64,000 bases of DNA from an uncultured bacterium. GTDB taxonomy: Bacteria; Fidelibacterota; Marinisomatia; Marinisomatales; JAHJCW01. A program made the position numbers and the translations under genes. The DNA lies in assembly GCA_965369995.1 (NCBI GenBank), contig CBDURO010000001.1, positions 10,260 through 74,259 on the forward strand, in the 5' to 3' direction. Of this stretch, positions 44,184-54,140 are shown in pieces; position 1 is the first letter of the stretch; every line of letters starts with the position of its first letter. The notes below the pieces were generated by a model. It saw only the letters and a program-made list of their open reading frames with translations. It did no database searches and was not told the origin of the DNA.

Positions 44184-45233
44184 GTGAATGATAAAATAAA
44201 AGAACACGAAAACACAATAACTGAAAAAAAGGTTATTCCTAAAAAGAAACCTGACCCGCGTAGCAAGTTAGCAAAACCGGAACGTATGCTCATTCTCAAT
44301 TCGAGTCCGCATTTACATACTACTAAATCTGTAAATAAAATTATGTGGTCTGTTATAATTGCATTAATTCCCGCAATGGCGATGTCGTTTTACTACTTTG
44401 GAATTCGTACAGCGTGGATGATATTAACCTGTGTAGTGGCTTCATTGATTACAGAAATTGTAATGAATTTAATGAAGCGTGAAAAAGTTACAATTTTTGA
44501 TGGTAGTGCAATAATAACCGGTATTTTATTAGCTTTGACTTTGCCACCTTCATTTAGATTATCAAGCGCAGCTTTGGGGGCTATTGTAGCAATATCTCTT
44601 GGGAAACATATTTTTGGTGGTTTAGGGTATAATATTTTTAATCCGGCTCTATTAGGTCGCGCATTCTTACAAGCGAGTTTTCCGGTAGCTATTACAACAT
44701 GGTCTAATCCAATTACAGTAAAATATTCTACTATTGATGCAGTATCTACCGCTACACCGTTGGGAGCATTTAAATTTGAAAAAATCTTAACTGACTATTC
44801 AGATTTGTTTACTGGAAATATTAGTGGAAGTTTAGGTGAAACTTCTGCAATTGCCATTTTATTAGGTGGTATATTTCTACTAATATTAAAAAATGCTGAT
44901 TGGAGAATCCCACTTAGCTTCCTCGGAAGTGTAGCCGTTTTTAGCGGAATATTTTGGTTGATTGATCCTTTGCAATATCCGGATCCATTATTCCATCTGT
45001 TATCAGGTGGATTGATGTTAGGTGCATTTTTTATGGCAACTGATATGGTTACGTCACCAATCACGCCAAAAGGTTCGTGGATATTTGGCGCGGGTGCAGG
45101 ATTCTTGCTAGTAATAATTCGCTTATTTGGAGGCTTGCCGGAGGGAGTAATGTATTCAATATTATTGATGAATGGTGTTACTCCTTTGATAAATCGCTAT
45201 ACGCGTCCAAAAATATTTGGAGAACCGCGTTAA
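44184..45233 (+). CDS. rnfD: Rnf complex subunit D
   Basis: 349 aa polytopic membrane protein. NQR2/RnfD signature GGLMLGAFFMATDMVTSP (flavinylated Thr region). Confidence 0.93.
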   Translation: MNDKIKEHENTITEKKVIPKKKPDPRSKLAKPERMLILNSSPHLHTTKSVNKIMWSVIIALIPAMAMSFYYFGIRTAWMILTCVVASLITEIVMNLMKREKVTIFDGSAIITGILLALTLPPSFRLSSAALGAIVAISLGKHIFGGLGYNIFNPALLGRAFLQASFPVAITTWSNPITVKYSTIDAVSTATPLGAFKFEKILTDYSDLFTGNISGSLGETSAIAILLGGIFLLILKNADWRIPLSFLGSVAVFSGIFWLIDPLQYPDPLFHLLSGGLMLGAFFMATDMVTSPITPKGSWIFGAGAGFLLVIIRLFGGLPEGVMYSILLMNGVTPLINRYTRPKIFGEPR

Positions 45234-45820
45234 TGAATAAAACTGCTAAAATGGTCATCGTTTTAACGGTAATAACAGCTTTGTCAGGTGCGATTTTATC
45301 TACTTGGGATGGAGTTACAAAGCCGAAGATTGAATACCATAAGTTACAAGCATTGAAAGCGGCAATATCTGATGTGTTACCTCCCTATGATAATTATGAA
45401 GAGAAGGATATTAACGGATATAAAGTTTATATAGGAAAAATTGATGACAGTACGCAACCTGTAGGAATAGCTTTTAAAGTTGAAGGAAGCGGATTTCAGG
45501 GGAATATTTCAATAATGGTAGGGGTTGATCCAAGTTTTACATCAATAACAGGCATTAAGGTTCTTGAACAAATCGAAACTCCCGGATTAGGAACTAAAAT
45601 AGTAGAAGATCCATCCAATAAATCAAATATATTTTGGTTTCCCGAACAGTTTACTGATGTAGTTATTGAACCGGAAATTGTAGTGTTAAAAAACAAAATA
45701 CCACAAAAACCTAATGAAGTTCAGGCAATATCCGGTGCAACAATTTCTTCGAAAGCTGTAGTAAGAATTCTAAATGATAATATTCAAAATCTTAAAGAAT
45801 CATATAAATCTGTAAACTAG
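45233..45820 (+). CDS. rnfG: Rnf complex subunit G (FMN-binding)
   Basis: About 195 aa starting MNKTAKMVIVLTVITALSGAILS. FMN-attachment motif ISGATISSKAV. The ATG at 45233 overlaps the rnfD stop (TAATG). The track's upstream extension from 45077 lies inside rnfD and is rejected. Confidence 0.9.
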   Translation: MNKTAKMVIVLTVITALSGAILSTWDGVTKPKIEYHKLQALKAAISDVLPPYDNYEEKDINGYKVYIGKIDDSTQPVGIAFKVEGSGFQGNISIMVGVDPSFTSITGIKVLEQIETPGLGTKIVEDPSNKSNIFWFPEQFTDVVIEPEIVVLKNKIPQKPNEVQAISGATISSKAVVRILNDNIQNLKESYKSVN

Positions 45821-45822
45821 AT

Positions 45823-46437
45823 ATGGCTAAAAAATCAATATCATTAAGTAAAGAATTTTTAAAGGGCTTATGGGATGAAAACCCTGTCCTGCGGATGCTT
45901 TTGGGACTTTGTCCAACGTTGGCTGTTACAAATTCTGCAATCAATGGATTAGCGATGGGGCTTGCTACAACCTTTGTATTGTTAAGCTCGAGCGTTATTA
46001 TATCACTTTTGCGAAAAGTGATTCCACATCAAGTAAGAATTGCCGGCTACATTGTAATTATCGCAACATTTGTAACTGTAGCGGATAGATATATGGCGGC
46101 ATTTTTACCGGAAATAAGTAAGGCATTGGGTCCTTATGTGCCATTAATTGTTGTCAACTGCGTTATATTGGGAAGGCAAGAGGCATTTGCCTCTAAAAAT
46201 GGTGTTGGGCGTTCAATAATTGATGCACTAGGGATGGGATCAGGATTTATTTTAGTACTGTTAGTATTGGGAAGTATTCGTGAATTATTAGGCTCAGCTA
46301 CTATTTTTAATTTACAGATTTTAGGTGATTGGTTTAATCCATGGATGATCATGATATTACCACCAGGAGCGTTTTTAACTTTAGGTTTATTAATTGGATT
46401 AGGTAATTGGTTGAATGAAAGGAAGGTTAAAATATGA
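45823..46437 (+). CDS. rnfE: Rnf complex subunit E
   Basis: 204 aa. NPVLRMLLGLCPTLAVT motif. Polytopic. Confidence 0.92.
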   Translation: MAKKSISLSKEFLKGLWDENPVLRMLLGLCPTLAVTNSAINGLAMGLATTFVLLSSSVIISLLRKVIPHQVRIAGYIVIIATFVTVADRYMAAFLPEISKALGPYVPLIVVNCVILGRQEAFASKNGVGRSIIDALGMGSGFILVLLVLGSIRELLGSATIFNLQILGDWFNPWMIMILPPGAFLTLGLLIGLGNWLNERKVKI

Positions 46438-47012
46438 ACCTATTACTATTATTCATCTCAGCAGCAATCGTAAATAATTTTGTTCTTACATATTTTTTAG
46501 GAATCTGCCCATTTGTTGGGGTTTCCAAAAGAGTTTCATCGGCGGTAAGTATGGGTTTGGCTGTAATGTTTGTAATGACAATAACAGCTGCAGTGACATG
46601 GTTGATTTACCATTTATTACTTGTACCATATCACATCGAAATTCTAGAATACGTATCTTTTATTTTAGTGATTGCCTCCCTTGTTCAATTAGTAGAAATG
46701 TTTATTAAGAAGGTCAGCAAACCGTTATATGATACATTAGGTATTTATTTACCGCTAATCACAACTAATTGTGCGATACTTGGGTTGGCATTATTCTCAG
46801 TTCTAAGAGATTACAGTTTCGCTGAAAGCATGGTTTTCGGTGTTGGCGCCGGTGCCGGATTTACTTTAGCATTGGTGATTATGGCAGGAATCCGTGAAGA
46901 GTTAGAACTCTCAAATATTCCTAAACCTTTTAAAGGAGCAGGAATAACAATGATAGTGGCAGGAAGTTTAGCATTGGCATTTATGGGATTTGCCGGATTG
47001 ATTTCAATGTGA
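46434..47012 (+). CDS. rnfA: Rnf complex subunit A
   Basis: 192 aa. FLGICPFVGVS motif. Polytopic. ATGA overlap with rnfE. Confidence 0.92.
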   Translation: MNLLLLFISAAIVNNFVLTYFLGICPFVGVSKRVSSAVSMGLAVMFVMTITAAVTWLIYHLLLVPYHIEILEYVSFILVIASLVQLVEMFIKKVSKPLYDTLGIYLPLITTNCAILGLALFSVLRDYSFAESMVFGVGAGAGFTLALVIMAGIREELELSNIPKPFKGAGITMIVAGSLALAFMGFAGLISM

Positions 47013-47106
47013 CCTAAGTTGATGAGTTTATGAGTATAATAGTTTATGAGTCGGACAATTGGAGTTGTGGATAAATCGAGAAGTATATTTTTACAATTAA
47101 TGACAA
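47013..47106 (+). repeat. Partial or divergent copy of the same repeat family in the rnfA-rnfB spacer
   Basis: GGAGTTGTGG resembles GGAGTTGATGG of copy 2, and the exact 20-mer TTTTTACAATTAATGACAAC is present. A different 17-nt centre replaces the hairpin core. An internal GTTTATGAGT duplication is also present. Confidence 0.6.
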
Positions 47107-47174
47107 CACAATGTTTTATTTTAAAAAAAATAGATTTTTTCAGTGTAATCTGTGAAATTTATGGTTAAACAATA

Positions 47175-48017
47175 ATGGAAATAAATACATTAATAATTGC
47201 AATCGCAAGTATGGGCGGGTTGGGGTTGCTATTTTCTGCGGGATTATCTCTTGCAGAAAAGAAATTTTATGTCGAAGAAGACCCGCGCATCGAAAAAATT
47301 CTCAATGAGTTACCTGGAGCAAATTGTGGTGGATGTGGATTCCCTGGTTGTGCTAAGTTTGCTGAGGTTATTGTAGCCGGTGAAGCGGAAATTAATGGAT
47401 GTCCCGTTAGCGATGATGAAGTAAGGATAGCCATAGGAGAAGTTTTAGGTGTGGATGTGGATTCCGGCGAAAAACAAATCGCTCGCTTGATGTGCCAGGG
47501 TGGTAATTACGAAACTGCCAAAAAAGCGGAATACGCAGGAATAAAATCGTGTTTAGGTGCCTCTTACTTTGGTGGTGGTGAAAAAATGTGTGAATACGCC
47601 TGCTTGGGTTTTGGTGAATGTGTGGATGCCTGTAGTTTTGATGCAATGTACATGAACGAAAATGGTTTACCGGTTATAATTGATGATAAGTGTACCGGCT
47701 GCGGAAAATGTGCGGAAGTTTGTCCACAAAATATAATTGAGATGCATCCGGAAAGTCATAAATTATTTGTATTTTGTAAGAATCTTGATGGAGCCAAAAC
47801 AGCTCGGAAAGTATGTACTAAAGCCTGCATCGCTTGTGGAATTTGTGTACGAAATGTTGAAGAAGGACAGATGTTGATGGAAGATAATTTAGCTCATGTC
47901 AATTATGAGATTTTCGGCAAGGAAGCAAAACTGCCAACTGATAAATGCCCCACTGATTGTTTAGCTATAATTGGTCAACCGGTTATAGATGAACCGGCAG
48001 AAAAAGTAGAAGCCTAA
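47175..48017 (+). CDS. rnfB: Rnf complex subunit B (polyferredoxin type)
   Basis: 280 aa. N-terminal TM helix, CGGCGFPGC cluster motif, and several CxxCxxCxxxCP ferredoxin motifs. Confidence 0.9.
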   Translation: MEINTLIIAIASMGGLGLLFSAGLSLAEKKFYVEEDPRIEKILNELPGANCGGCGFPGCAKFAEVIVAGEAEINGCPVSDDEVRIAIGEVLGVDVDSGEKQIARLMCQGGNYETAKKAEYAGIKSCLGASYFGGGEKMCEYACLGFGECVDACSFDAMYMNENGLPVIIDDKCTGCGKCAEVCPQNIIEMHPESHKLFVFCKNLDGAKTARKVCTKACIACGICVRNVEEGQMLMEDNLAHVNYEIFGKEAKLPTDKCPTDCLAIIGQPVIDEPAEKVEA

Positions 48018-48018
48018 T

Positions 48019-48447
48019 TTGTCCAATCAAGTATCTGACACCGGGATAATCACTAAAATTGATGGCAATTATGCTACAATTATTATAGAGGTAACTGATA
48101 GCTGTAAAGACTGCGGAATCCGATTTCTATGTTCTCCCGGATCTGATAAAGAAAAAACGATTACATTAGAAAATATAATTAATGCAATAATTGGAGATAG
48201 AGTAGCAATTACCGAAACATCCAATATTTTATTAAAATTATCATTTTTGCAATATGGTTTACCATTGATTGGATTTCTACTTGGAATAATAATTGCTACA
48301 CAATTCAATATTAATTTACAACCTGTTGAATTGTATCAATTTTTATGTGGATTGATCGGGCTAGGAATAGCCGGAGTGATATCTTATTTGATTATTAAAG
48401 GGATGGCGAAGAAACCGGGTAAGTTTTTTGCGTTTAAGAAAATTTGA
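48019..48447 (+). CDS. RseC/MucC-family (SoxR-reducing-system-type) membrane protein
   Basis: 142 aa. Soluble N-domain with a CKDC...C Cys cluster and two C-terminal TM helices. It sits immediately after rnfB. TTG start. Confidence 0.6.
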   Translation: MSNQVSDTGIITKIDGNYATIIIEVTDSCKDCGIRFLCSPGSDKEKTITLENIINAIIGDRVAITETSNILLKLSFLQYGLPLIGFLLGIIIATQFNINLQPVELYQFLCGLIGLGIAGVISYLIIKGMAKKPGKFFAFKKI

Positions 48448-48450
48448 TAA

Positions 48451-49068
48451 TTAAACTGTATCTGCATGAGGTGGAGTAGATATATTAGAAGCGGTTTCAT
48501 TGGGACGTAATTCGCGTCTATAATATTCAAAAATCCTTCCCGAATTTTGCCAATTTTCTATCCGACTTATAATCTTGATATTAGGAGAATAAAGGGAATT
48601 TGATCCAACCTGAACATGTCCTGTTATAAAGCGGATGGACCCTCGTTTTTTTGCCCAATTTAAATATACTCTTTTCAGCATTTTAGCGTAACCGTTCCCT
48701 TTATATTGTGCCATTATTACGAAGGCGTAGGTATAGAGTGTGTTATATTTCCCGAAATTTTCGTCCATTCTCGCCCATGGTTCTGAACTGAGTTCTTCTA
48801 TCGGTACGCCAACGATGTAGCCAATAATGTCACCGCGGTAGCGAGCAATGAACGGCAAAGAACTCTTCTTATTAAAATATTTGTGGATTGTTGCCTTAGT
48901 AAGGATGGCTTTTTCACCATATTCTTGAGCTAAATGCTTGGAAATTTCGATTAGAGTAGAGAAATCATTTTCTCCAACGTGTTCCAATAGTTCAATTTGG
49001 AAAACACCGCTAGAAGCGATTACCCGTGTAATTGAGTCTTTTTTTGATGCAAATTCGAGCTGTTCCAT
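48451..49068 (-). CDS. GNAT-family N-acetyltransferase
   Basis: 205 aa. Acetyl-CoA-binding-type segment FVIMAQYKGNGYAKMLKRVYLNWAKKRG. Confidence 0.6.
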   Translation of the reverse strand: MEQLEFASKKDSITRVIASSGVFQIELLEHVGENDFSTLIEISKHLAQEYGEKAILTKATIHKYFNKKSSLPFIARYRGDIIGYIVGVPIEELSSEPWARMDENFGKYNTLYTYAFVIMAQYKGNGYAKMLKRVYLNWAKKRGSIRFITGHVQVGSNSLYSPNIKIISRIENWQNSGRIFEYYRRELRPNETASNISTPPHADTV

Positions 49069-49164
49069 CCGGTAAAGTTACAAATTACATTATAAATAAT
49101 TATATTGATATTCGCACTAAGTTGCACTTTGTGGTAAAATATTGAAGAAGTAAATTCTGTGCTT

Positions 49165-49971
49165 ATGAAATCGTTTACAACGCACTTATCCGAACAAATC
49201 ACAAAGAAAAAGTCCCATCTCTGTGTTGGATTGGATATTAGTCCTGAGGGACTTGGAAATAAAAATGCAAAGATAGCCGATCTAATTAATCATTCCCTAA
49301 AAGTTATTGATGCTACGATTGATCTTGCTGTATGCTATAAACCGAATTTAGCATTTTTTGAGCGATGGGGTGCCGATGGTTTTAAATGGTTAGAGAAGAT
49401 TATTGGATATATCGGAAATAACAGCATAATTATTGCCGACGGTAAACGTGGAGATATAGGAAATACTGCCAAACAATATGCAATTAGTATATTTGATTAT
49501 TTCGGATTTGATGCTGTTACTATAAATCCTTATATGGGTAGCGACAGTATCAAACCTTTTATAGAAAATCCTGAAAAGGGTATTTTTATTTTATGCCGTA
49601 CTTCAAATCCATCTGCAAAAGATATACAGGATTTAAGAATTGGTAAACAGGAAGTATATGAAAAAGTTGCAAAATTAGCTGTTAAACTAAATAAAAATAA
49701 TAATATTGGATTAGTAGTTGGCGCTACCATTCCATCGGAAATCTGTAAAATTCGCAAAATTACTCCCAAATTACCATTTTTAATTCCCGGTATTGGTGCA
49801 CAAGGTGGCGATTTAGAAAAAAGTATGCAATACGGAAATGATAATGGAGTTGCCATTATTAATATATCAAGAGGAATTAGTTTTACGGGAAACATGAGTC
49901 TTAAAGCAATCAAAGCTGCTGCACAAAATTACGTAGAAAAAATGCGGGGAATAGTAAATGGACAAAAATGA
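49165..49971 (+). CDS. pyrF: Orotidine-5'-phosphate decarboxylase (type 2)
   Basis: About 268 aa. [16 protein letters not shown] and PGIGAQGG motifs. I prefer the ATG at 49165 to the GTG at 49159. Confidence 0.88.
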   Translation: MKSFTTHLSEQITKKKSHLCVGLDISPEGLGNKNAKIADLINHSLKVIDATIDLAVCYKPNLAFFERWGADGFKWLEKIIGYIGNNSIIIADGKRGDIGNTAKQYAISIFDYFGFDAVTINPYMGSDSIKPFIENPEKGIFILCRTSNPSAKDIQDLRIGKQEVYEKVAKLAVKLNKNNNIGLVVGATIPSEICKIRKITPKLPFLIPGIGAQGGDLEKSMQYGNDNGVAIINISRGISFTGNMSLKAIKAAAQNYVEKMRGIVNGQK

Positions 49972-50533
49972 TATTTTAGAAATATTTCGTTCCACAGGAG
50001 CATTATTGGAAGGACATTTTGTGCTTACATCGGGAAGGCACAGTGAAACATATTTCCAATGTGCTAAAGTTTTGCAATATCCGGAATATTTAACTTTATT
50101 CGGCAGGATCATAGCTGATCATTTTGAAGATGATAAAATTGATGTCGTTATTTCTCCTGCTATTGGTGGAATTGTTATTGGAACAGATGTCGGTCGCCAA
50201 TTAGGCGTGAAGACAATTTTTACTGAAAGGAAAGATGGCACAATGAAATTACGTAGGGGTTTTACTATTGAAAAAGGGGAGCGGGTTTTAGTAGTAGAAG
50301 ATGTGCTCACTACCGGCGGTTCCATAAATGAAGTAATCGAGATTGTAAAAGAAAATAAAGGGAAAATTGCCGGAGTGGGAGTAGTTGTGGATCGCAGTGG
50401 CGGAAATATTAAATTACATAAAGATCAAGTGGCAGTTTTGGAACATAAAACTATCAGTTTTGCTGAGAGCGACATTCCGGGACATCTTGCTGAAATTCCC
50501 GTTCAAAAACCCGGAAGTAGAAATATTTGTTAA
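49958..50533 (+). CDS. pyrE: Orotate phosphoribosyltransferase
   Basis: 191 aa. [11 protein letters not shown] and the PRPP-binding site [13 protein letters not shown]. Confidence 0.92.
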   Translation: MDKNDILEIFRSTGALLEGHFVLTSGRHSETYFQCAKVLQYPEYLTLFGRIIADHFEDDKIDVVISPAIGGIVIGTDVGRQLGVKTIFTERKDGTMKLRRGFTIEKGERVLVVEDVLTTGGSINEVIEIVKENKGKIAGVGVVVDRSGGNIKLHKDQVAVLEHKTISFAESDIPGHLAEIPVQKPGSRNIC

Positions 50534-50549
50534 TATATTAAGAAATTAG

Positions 50550-51458
50550 ATGTCAAAGTTAAAAATAGGATTAGCATTAGGTGGCGGTGGTGCACGTGGA
50601 GCAGCTCATATTGGAGTTCTGAAAGTTTTACATAATAACGGTATTATTCCCGATATTATCGGCGGCACAAGCGCCGGTGCTTTAATAGGTGCTATGTATG
50701 CCGCTACTCAAGATCCAGATTGGATTGATAAAAGATTCAAGGAGTTTTTGAGTAGCGATGTTTATGCAGAATTGGGTGTTGGTCGGCTACAATCAGATCA
50801 GAATCCTGAATCCGTAATTGGACAAGTAACAAAATTTGTTCAAGATAGATTGGTATTTGCGATGGCTTTAACTCGTACATCAATAATAAAAAAAGACCGT
50901 TTAGTAAAAGCTTTTAACTATTTAATACCGGTAAAAACATTTGAAGAACTGAAAATACCACTTGATGTATATGCAACTGATTTACAATCAGGTGAGACTA
51001 TTTGTTATAATTCCGGTGATTTAATAAATGCAGTAACTCAGAGTGGCTCAATACCTGGTTTTGTAGAACCCACCAAAAATAATGACAAATTAATTGTAGA
51101 TGCAGGTGTTAGCGCACCACTCCCTGTTCGTGAACTTAAAGAAAAAGCTAATTTTGTAATTGGTGTTGATATTTCTCGTGGTGCTCCTAAACAACCAATG
51201 AAAAAAGTAAATATTATTGAGATTATTACAAGAGCTGAACGTATTACATCGCAATACTATACTGATATGCTAGCGAAAGAATCTGATTTTTTGATCCGTC
51301 CGGATGTTCTTGGTTTGCATTGGTCTGCGTTTAGCAAATGCGATATATTAGTGGAAAATGGAATAGATGCAGCTAAGAAAAAAATTGTTGAATTGAAGGA
51401 AACGATTAAATATCGAAAAAGTTTGCGTTACCGATTGTTCCATTTGTCATCTAACTGA
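50550..51458 (+). CDS. Patatin-like phospholipase
   Basis: 302 aa. Oxyanion GGGGARG, nucleophile elbow GTSAGA, and catalytic Asp in DAGV. Confidence 0.85.
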   Translation: MSKLKIGLALGGGGARGAAHIGVLKVLHNNGIIPDIIGGTSAGALIGAMYAATQDPDWIDKRFKEFLSSDVYAELGVGRLQSDQNPESVIGQVTKFVQDRLVFAMALTRTSIIKKDRLVKAFNYLIPVKTFEELKIPLDVYATDLQSGETICYNSGDLINAVTQSGSIPGFVEPTKNNDKLIVDAGVSAPLPVRELKEKANFVIGVDISRGAPKQPMKKVNIIEIITRAERITSQYYTDMLAKESDFLIRPDVLGLHWSAFSKCDILVENGIDAAKKKIVELKETIKYRKSLRYRLFHLSSN

Positions 51459-51507
51459 CTATAATCTGTTACTTATATCTTTAATTTGTGAGTAATAAAA
51501 ATATATT

Positions 51508-53388
51508 ATGAGTATGAAAAAACTATTTATTGGGATATTATTATTGTCAACATCGCTCTTGTTTGGGCAGTTCGAAGACCCTGTATTAGTCTCGGCTTCG
51601 GTTAGAGAAAATGTCCGAGCTGGTGAAGTGATTGAGGTACAAGTCATATTTTCTATTGATAGAGGATGGCATATTTACGGAATGGAAGAGATTGAAAACG
51701 GTCCAATTCCTACTTCCGTTCAAATAGTTGGTAAGGCGATAGAAAGACAAGGAATTATTGTTGAACCGGAACCAATCGTGTCTTACGATGAAGGTTTTGA
51801 AATGGATATACCACATCATGAAGGCCGTACAATTTTTATTGTTCCAATTAAGCTGAAAGAAAATATTGAATCTGGAGAAATTTTACTAACAACTAAAACA
51901 ACCTATCAGTCTTGCAATAATACAATTTGTTATCCTCCAATTGATCAATCAGTTGAATTCGATGTAATCGTTGAACCGGGTGAACCTCGGTCAGACCGAT
52001 TGAATTTAGCGGAAGAATCAGAAATAGAAGTAAAAACGAATGAATTGACAACTTTAGATAATGCTATAGCAAAAGGATTTTGGTCATTTATATTATTGGC
52101 GGCATCTATGGGATTCTTAGCTTTGTTAACACCGTGCGTTTTTCCAATGATACCGATCACCGTTTCATTTTTTACTCAACAAGGTGAAACTTCTGGAAAG
52201 AAACCGATAAAAAATGCTTTAGTATATGCTCTCGGTATCATTACCACATTCACTTTATTAGGATTTTTATTAGCTGTGTTTTTGGGTGCCTCCGGTGCTA
52301 ATCAATTAGCTTCTAGTCCGTGGGTGAATTTATTTATTGGGGCTTTATTTGTATTTTTTGCTTTATCATTATTTGGTATGTATGAAATTCAAGTACCGGA
52401 AAAATTGCGCAGTTTTTCGATGCATCAGGAAAAACGTTCCGGCTATGTTGGCATACTATTTATGGCATTAACATTTACATTGGCATCTTTTACTTGTACT
52501 GTTCAATTCGTCGGATTATTATTAGTTGCAGCCGCGCAAGGACAGTGGTTTTGGCCAATGCTCGGTATGATAGTATTCAGCACAGCTTTTACCTTACCAT
52601 TTTTCTTTTTAGCGATGTTTCCGCAATATCTTGCAAAGTTACCAAAATCCGGAGGTTGGTTGAACGCTGTGAAGGTTGTTTTAGGATTCCTTGTATTTGC
52701 TGTGGCTTTCAAATTTCTTGGAAATGTTGATTTAGTGTGGGGCTGGGGAATATTTACTCACAATGTTGTTTTGGCTATTTGGACAGTTTCGATGATTTTC
52801 ACCGGAATTTATTTGTTAGGAAAAATAAGATTGCCACATGATTCTCCGATTGAATCAATAGGCGTAGGGCGGATGATACTCAGTTTATTTTTCATAGTGT
52901 TTGGATTATATCTTGGTAGCGGTTTGCTCGGTAGACCGATAAATGGAACAATTAAATCATATCTGCCGCCGAAAGTAGAATCAGAATCTGGTATTGTGAT
53001 GACCGGCAAGGACACCATCGTGGAGGCACATAAGTGGTTTTCTGAAATGGAAGATGCCATTGCCGAAGCAAAGCGGACCGGCAAACTGATTTTTCTCAGT
53101 TTTTCCGGTTATACGTGCACAAATTGTCATTGGATGGATGCGAATATTTTATCTCTACCGGAAGTGAGAAATTTATTGAAACAATTTGTTTTAGTAAAGT
53201 TATACACTGATGGTGGAAAAAACCATCGTGAAAAGCGGCAATATGAAATTGACCGATTTGGTACAGCCGCCCAACCATTTTATGTAATATTAGATGGAAC
53301 GGAATTAGAACTTGCATGTTTTCCTGGGATGACGCGCAATGTAAACGAATTTGTAGAATTTTTGAATAAAGGAATAAATAAAGGATAA
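51508..53388 (+). CDS. dsbD: Thiol:disulfide interchange protein DsbD (three-domain form)
   Basis: 626 aa. Signal peptide, nDsbD-like domain with CNNTICYPP, CcdA-type TM core with TPCVFPMIP and SFTCT, and a C-terminal thioredoxin domain with CTNC. Confidence 0.82.
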   Translation: MSMKKLFIGILLLSTSLLFGQFEDPVLVSASVRENVRAGEVIEVQVIFSIDRGWHIYGMEEIENGPIPTSVQIVGKAIERQGIIVEPEPIVSYDEGFEMDIPHHEGRTIFIVPIKLKENIESGEILLTTKTTYQSCNNTICYPPIDQSVEFDVIVEPGEPRSDRLNLAEESEIEVKTNELTTLDNAIAKGFWSFILLAASMGFLALLTPCVFPMIPITVSFFTQQGETSGKKPIKNALVYALGIITTFTLLGFLLAVFLGASGANQLASSPWVNLFIGALFVFFALSLFGMYEIQVPEKLRSFSMHQEKRSGYVGILFMALTFTLASFTCTVQFVGLLLVAAAQGQWFWPMLGMIVFSTAFTLPFFFLAMFPQYLAKLPKSGGWLNAVKVVLGFLVFAVAFKFLGNVDLVWGWGIFTHNVVLAIWTVSMIFTGIYLLGKIRLPHDSPIESIGVGRMILSLFFIVFGLYLGSGLLGRPINGTIKSYLPPKVESESGIVMTGKDTIVEAHKWFSEMEDAIAEAKRTGKLIFLSFSGYTCTNCHWMDANILSLPEVRNLLKQFVLVKLYTDGGKNHREKRQYEIDRFGTAAQPFYVILDGTELELACFPGMTRNVNEFVEFLNKGINKG

Positions 53389-53391
53389 AAT

Positions 53392-54024
53392 ATGCGTAAA
53401 TCATCATTAATATTATTTATAGGTAGTCTACTAATAATATCCGGATGTAGTGCTAAAGAAGATTTGAGAGAACAGAAATCGGAAATTGGCAACCAAAAAG
53501 TTAAAGAGGAAAATCTTGCAAGTACAAGTTTAACAGAGAAAGAATTGAAAACGGTAAATGCCACTAAAAAAAATCGTAGCAACGAAATAAAAGCCCCTGA
53601 TTTTAAATTAGCTACTATTAGTGGCGAAGAATTCTATCTGTCTGATTATAAAGGAAAAGTTGTAATGCTCAATTTTTGGGCTACTTGGTGTGCGCCTTGC
53701 CGGGAAGAAATACCAGACCTCGTAAACCTACAAGCAAAATATAATAAAGATGGTTTAGAAATTGTCGGAATTACACTTAATTCCGGTTCAGTTGCGAAAA
53801 TTCAAAAGTTCGTTGACAAAAAACAAATAAATTATACCATTTTAACTGGTTTTGGCAATAACGAAACACATGCAGTTAATAATTTGTATAGCCAAGCTGT
53901 TGGACAGCGATTATCTACTGTCCCCACAACGTTGCTTATTGATAGAGAAGGCTATATCGTTAAGGGGTATTTAGGAGCGCGTTCAGAAGAGGTGTTTTAT
54001 AACGATATAAAAGAATATTTATAA
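53392..54024 (+). CDS. TlpA/ResA-like periplasmic thioredoxin lipoprotein
   Basis: 210 aa. Lipobox IISGCS. Active site WATWCAPC. Confidence 0.85.
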   Translation: MRKSSLILFIGSLLIISGCSAKEDLREQKSEIGNQKVKEENLASTSLTEKELKTVNATKKNRSNEIKAPDFKLATISGEEFYLSDYKGKVVMLNFWATWCAPCREEIPDLVNLQAKYNKDGLEIVGITLNSGSVAKIQKFVDKKQINYTILTGFGNNETHAVNNLYSQAVGQRLSTVPTTLLIDREGYIVKGYLGARSEEVFYNDIKEYL

Positions 54025-54045
54025 GCTCAATTTTAATTGAAAATG

Positions 54046-54079
54046 AAAAAGCCCCCCCATGCATCAGGCGGGCCTTTTT
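54046..54079 (+). terminator. Rho-independent terminator after the tlpA-like gene
   Basis: A-run, GC-rich imperfect stem GCCCCCC / GGCGGGC (one mismatch) with a 9-nt loop, then TTTTT. Confidence 0.7.
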
Positions 54080-54140
54080 ATATTTGAAACTTTTATAAAT
54101 TATTAGCATAGAACTGTAAGAAATATCTAGGAGAGACTTA

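Noticed and set aside
45077-45232. N-terminal extension of the rnfG ORF as given in the track
   Set aside because: The extension lies wholly within rnfD in another frame. The ATG at 45233 gives the canonical RnfG N-terminal TM helix and a TAATG junction.
47042-47053. The 12-mer TTTATGAGTCGG, also present at 63973-63984 at the start of metK
   Set aside because: Exact 12-mer coincidences are expected many times in 64 kb of AT-rich sequence, and no flanking similarity exists. It is not evidence that the metK start belongs to the repeat family.
54086-54115. GAAACTT-N16-TAGAA upstream of htrA as a possible sigmaE/ECF-type promoter
   Set aside because: The resemblance is loose, it occurs in AT-rich sequence, and the local ECF sigma's recognition motif is unknown. 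I cannot support it from sequence alone.
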